DNA of 39,311 nt from Clostridia bacterium. Its GTDB lineage: Bacteria > Bacillota > Clostridia > Christensenellales > CAG-138. The stretch spans positions 1 through 39,311 of the forward strand of contig JAFSHG010000051.1 in the NCBI GenBank assembly GCA_017440405.1, read 5' to 3'. Below the pieces are notes generated by a model that saw nothing but the letters and a program-made list of their open reading frames with translations, did no database searches and had not been told where the DNA came from. Below are positions 36,714 through 39,311 of the stretch, one piece after another. A program made the position numbers and the translations under genes. Position 1 is the stretch's first letter. The number at the start of each line of letters is the position of its first letter.

Positions 36714-37264
36714 AAGTAATCTCAAGCAGTGAAAATAAGGAAACCAAATGGTCGGGCGGTATAACCCGTGAGGTGTTCATATACCCCGAAAATGCGGATT
36801 ATGCAAAACGTGAATTTCTTTTCAGACTCAGCATGGCACAGGCTTATGATGAGGATTCGGCATATACATCCTTGCCCGGTGTAACACGCTATCTGGTATC
36901 GTTGGACGGCACAGCCGAACTTTTCCATGCGGACAAGGAAGATGTGGTAATGCTCACACCTTTTGGGTATGTGGATTGCTTTGACGGCGGTGTACATACT
37001 CGGGCACACGGCGCAATTCGTGACTTCAACCTCATGCTGTGCGGAGCAGACGGCAAAATGTCAGTGGTACACGAGAATGTAATAGAAACATCATACACAT
37101 TCAACGCCATATATGCAGATGCAAAATGCACAGTGAGTGTTGATGAAAAAAGGTATGCATTGCAAAAGGGCGACTGTCTCATGCTCTGCAATGTAACCGA
37201 AAAAATAAAAATAATGCTCGACGGCGAATACGAAAAAGCAATCTTTTGCGGAATAAATGTGTAA
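36704..37264 (+). CDS. hutD: HutD/Ves family protein
   Basis: WSGG.T.E..IYP, F.FRLS.A, S..T.LPG..R.L..LDG, FDG, DFNLM. Overlaps the end of folD. Confidence 0.88.
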   Translation: MEIKVISSSENKETKWSGGITREVFIYPENADYAKREFLFRLSMAQAYDEDSAYTSLPGVTRYLVSLDGTAELFHADKEDVVMLTPFGYVDCFDGGVHTRAHGAIRDFNLMLCGADGKMSVVHENVIETSYTFNAIYADAKCTVSVDEKRYALQKGDCLMLCNVTEKIKIMLDGEYEKAIFCGINV

Positions 37265-37279
37265 GATGCACATGAGAGG

Positions 37280-37308
37280 TTGAACTCTGCTCTCTCGTGG
37301 GTTATAAT
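37280..37308 (+). promoter_or_regulatory. sigmaA promoter of the S2P-scpAB operon
   Basis: TTGAAC-N17-TATAAT. Confidence 0.6.
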
Positions 37309-37332
37309 AAACAGAAAAAATTGAGGTGACAT

Positions 37333-38001
37333 ATGCTTTTTAATATCTTTACTTTAGATTTCTGGATAAATATTCTGTACAGTCTGCCCGCTATCATGAT
37401 AGGTCTTTCTTTTCATGAGTTTGCCCACGCCTTTGCCGCACATAAGATGGGCGACGACACGGCAAGGAATATGGGCAGAATGACGCTGAATCCGCTTGCA
37501 CATTTTGACCCCTTGGGGACGGTATGCATACTTCTTTTGGGATTCGGCTGGGCAAAACCCGTACCCGTAAACCCGAACAATTACAGGGGTAACAGACGAA
37601 AGGCAGATATCATTGTATCGCTTGCGGGAATTACCATGAACTTCGCCATTGCTTTCGTTGCCATGTTCCTTTTGTATTTTTTAGTGTATGTTTTGGGAAT
37701 GCAAAATGTCGTTGTATCCGGTGTTATAATGCAAATAGTGTATCTGAACCTGGGACTTATGGTTTTCAACCTCATACCCGTGCCGCCGTTGGACGGTTCG
37801 CATGTATTGGAGGACTTGCTCATACCCGTGGTGGGGGCAAAGCCGTTCTACTTTTTGCGTCAACACAGTATGATACTGCTTATAATAGTGCTTATGGTAT
37901 TGAATACTACGGGCATACTGGGCATTGTAATGCAGGAATTGGCAGGACTTTTGATGAAGCTGTTTGACCTTGTTTTCAGCGTATATAAGTATGCAGTATA
38001 A
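37333..38001 (+). CDS. Site-2 protease family (M50, YwhC-like)
   Basis: HEFAH, GD.TA...GR.TLNPL.H.D, FGWAKPVP.N, FNLIP.PPLDG. Confidence 0.93.
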   Translation: MLFNIFTLDFWINILYSLPAIMIGLSFHEFAHAFAAHKMGDDTARNMGRMTLNPLAHFDPLGTVCILLLGFGWAKPVPVNPNNYRGNRRKADIIVSLAGITMNFAIAFVAMFLLYFLVYVLGMQNVVVSGVIMQIVYLNLGLMVFNLIPVPPLDGSHVLEDLLIPVVGAKPFYFLRQHSMILLIIVLMVLNTTGILGIVMQELAGLLMKLFDLVFSVYKYAV

Positions 38002-38767
38002 TATAAGTGTTCAAAAATTTGAAGGACCTCTCGACTTGCTTTTGCACCTCATAGAGAGTGCAGAGATAGATATCATGGACATTTTTGTGTCTGAAATCAC
38101 ATCACAGTACATTGAGTATGTGAACGGCATGGACATGGTGGATATGGATACGGCAAGCGAGTTTTTGACCATGGCGGCAAGACTTTTATACATAAAATCC
38201 CGCTCACTCTTACCCAAACCGCCAAAGGAACAGGACTTGGAAGAGGAAGAGGATCCCGAACAAGTGCTTATACGACAACTGCGTGAGTATAAGGCTTTCA
38301 AAGAGGCATCAGAAGTCATGAAAGAGCAACTGTGCGACGCTCAAAAGAGCAGGACGAAACTGCCCGAGGAATTCATACTACCCACTCAGGAAACACTTTT
38401 TACGGGCGGCACGTCAGACGAGATTTTCAAAGCCTTTGAACGCATATTAAAGCGAATAGACGAGAACGATTACGAAAAGAAAAAAGCTACGCATGAAGTG
38501 AGTGCCGACTTGTATACAGTTCGCAACTGTATGAAGGATGTACGAGAGGCATTGGCAGAAAAAGACACGTTGAGATTTGAAGAACTTTTTGACGGTATGC
38601 ATGTGAAGATGCGTGTCATCGTGACTTTTATGGCACTGCTTGAAATGATAATGCGAGGCGAGGTTATAATAAAGCAGTCTGCACCGTATGAACCCATATG
38701 GATATCGAAAAACGAGCTTTCGGAGAACGATGATGCGGCAAGCTATATGGACGAGGAGTTATCATAA
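37991..38767 (+). CDS. scpA: Segregation and condensation protein A
   Basis: FEGPLDLLLHLI, IT.QY..Y, EFL.MAA.LL.IKSR.LLP, VTF.ALLE. Confidence 0.95.
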   Translation: MQYNISVQKFEGPLDLLLHLIESAEIDIMDIFVSEITSQYIEYVNGMDMVDMDTASEFLTMAARLLYIKSRSLLPKPPKEQDLEEEEDPEQVLIRQLREYKAFKEASEVMKEQLCDAQKSRTKLPEEFILPTQETLFTGGTSDEIFKAFERILKRIDENDYEKKKATHEVSADLYTVRNCMKDVREALAEKDTLRFEELFDGMHVKMRVIVTFMALLEMIMRGEVIIKQSAPYEPIWISKNELSENDDAASYMDEELS

Positions 38768-38769
38768 GC

Positions 38770-39311
38770 ATGGAAGAAAACAGAGAAAAGAAAAATCTTA
38801 GCGATGAAGAAATACTGCACGTCTTGGAATCCATTTTGTTTGTGTCGGGAGAACCCGTGTATTTTGAAGAACTTGCACGGCTTTTTTCCACCGATAAGGC
38901 ACGCATAGCAGCACTTGCAAGAGCGGAGGAAGAAAAGGCAAAAAGTGAGGGCAGGGGCATTGTGATGTATGTTACGGAAGAATCGGTGCAACTTGTGTCA
39001 AACAAGATTTACGATGAATACGTGACAGAGTTTTTGCAGCCAACACAGACACGCAACTTTTCACAGTCCATGCTGGAAACGCTTGCAATCGTGGCGTACA
39101 AACAGCCCGTCACCCGTTCTGAGATAGATTCGGTGCGAGGAATACGCTCCGAGTATTCCGTATCACAACTCATAAAGCAGGGCTTTATAGCGGAGTGTGG
39201 GAGAAAGGATGTTTTGGGTCGTCCCATGCTGTTTGGTACCACGGATAAATTTTTGCGAAAATTCGGACTGCACAGTCTGAGCGACTTGCCCGACTTTGAA
39301 ACATTTTCACA
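38770..39311 (+). CDS. scpB: Segregation and condensation protein B, 3'-partial (absent from the ORF track)
   Basis: Hand translation from ATG 38770 gives LESILFVSGEP, LETLAIVAYKQPVTRSEIDSVRG and GRPMLFGTTDKFLRKFGL.SL.DLP. The frame runs off the window. Confidence 0.95.
   Translation, partial: MEENREKKNLSDEEILHVLESILFVSGEPVYFEELARLFSTDKARIAALARAEEEKAKSEGRGIVMYVTEESVQLVSNKIYDEYVTEFLQPTQTRNFSQSMLETLAIVAYKQPVTRSEIDSVRGIRSEYSVSQLIKQGFIAECGRKDVLGRPMLFGTTDKFLRKFGLHSLSDLPDFETFS

Overview
Chromosomal window from a spore-forming Clostridia-class (Bacillota) bacterium. The taxonomy is inferred from the sporulation genes, the dockerins and the sigmaA promoters with GGAGG ribosome-binding sites. There are about 38 protein-coding genes. 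I found no rRNA, tRNA, CRISPR array, transposase or phage gene. Left to right: partial DUF2156 protein, GNAT, glgB, ylmC, tadA, a secreted GLUG/beta-helix protein with a C-terminal dockerin, spoIVFA-spoIVFB, two membrane proteins, a solo XRE repressor cassette, priA, an RND pump with a large coiled-coil insertion, YdcF, YetF, an RsfA-like regulator, DUF5662 plus a RimL-type GNAT, a SigG-type ferritin-like gene, a repeat-rich dockerin-only protein, cysS-(FakA middle domain)-membrane protein-orr-OTC, alr, an orphan pilT, an acidic small protein, a THF-dependent histidine utilisation operon (hutH-hutU-ftcD-hutI-cyclodeaminase/fchA-folD-hutD), a site-2 protease, scpA and partial scpB. The best leads are: (1) two non-catalytic dockerin proteins that share a recognition code, one of them only a dockerin between mucin-like repeats; (2) the solo XRE gene with a palindromic bidirectional promoter and tandem operators, facing a roughly 180-nt terminated transcript with no convincing gene; (3) the RND pump with a roughly 260-aa helical insertion and no adaptor gene; (4) a hut-operon FolD lacking both cyclohydrolase residues. 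All calls come from motif recognition by eye. No database searches or folding programs were run.
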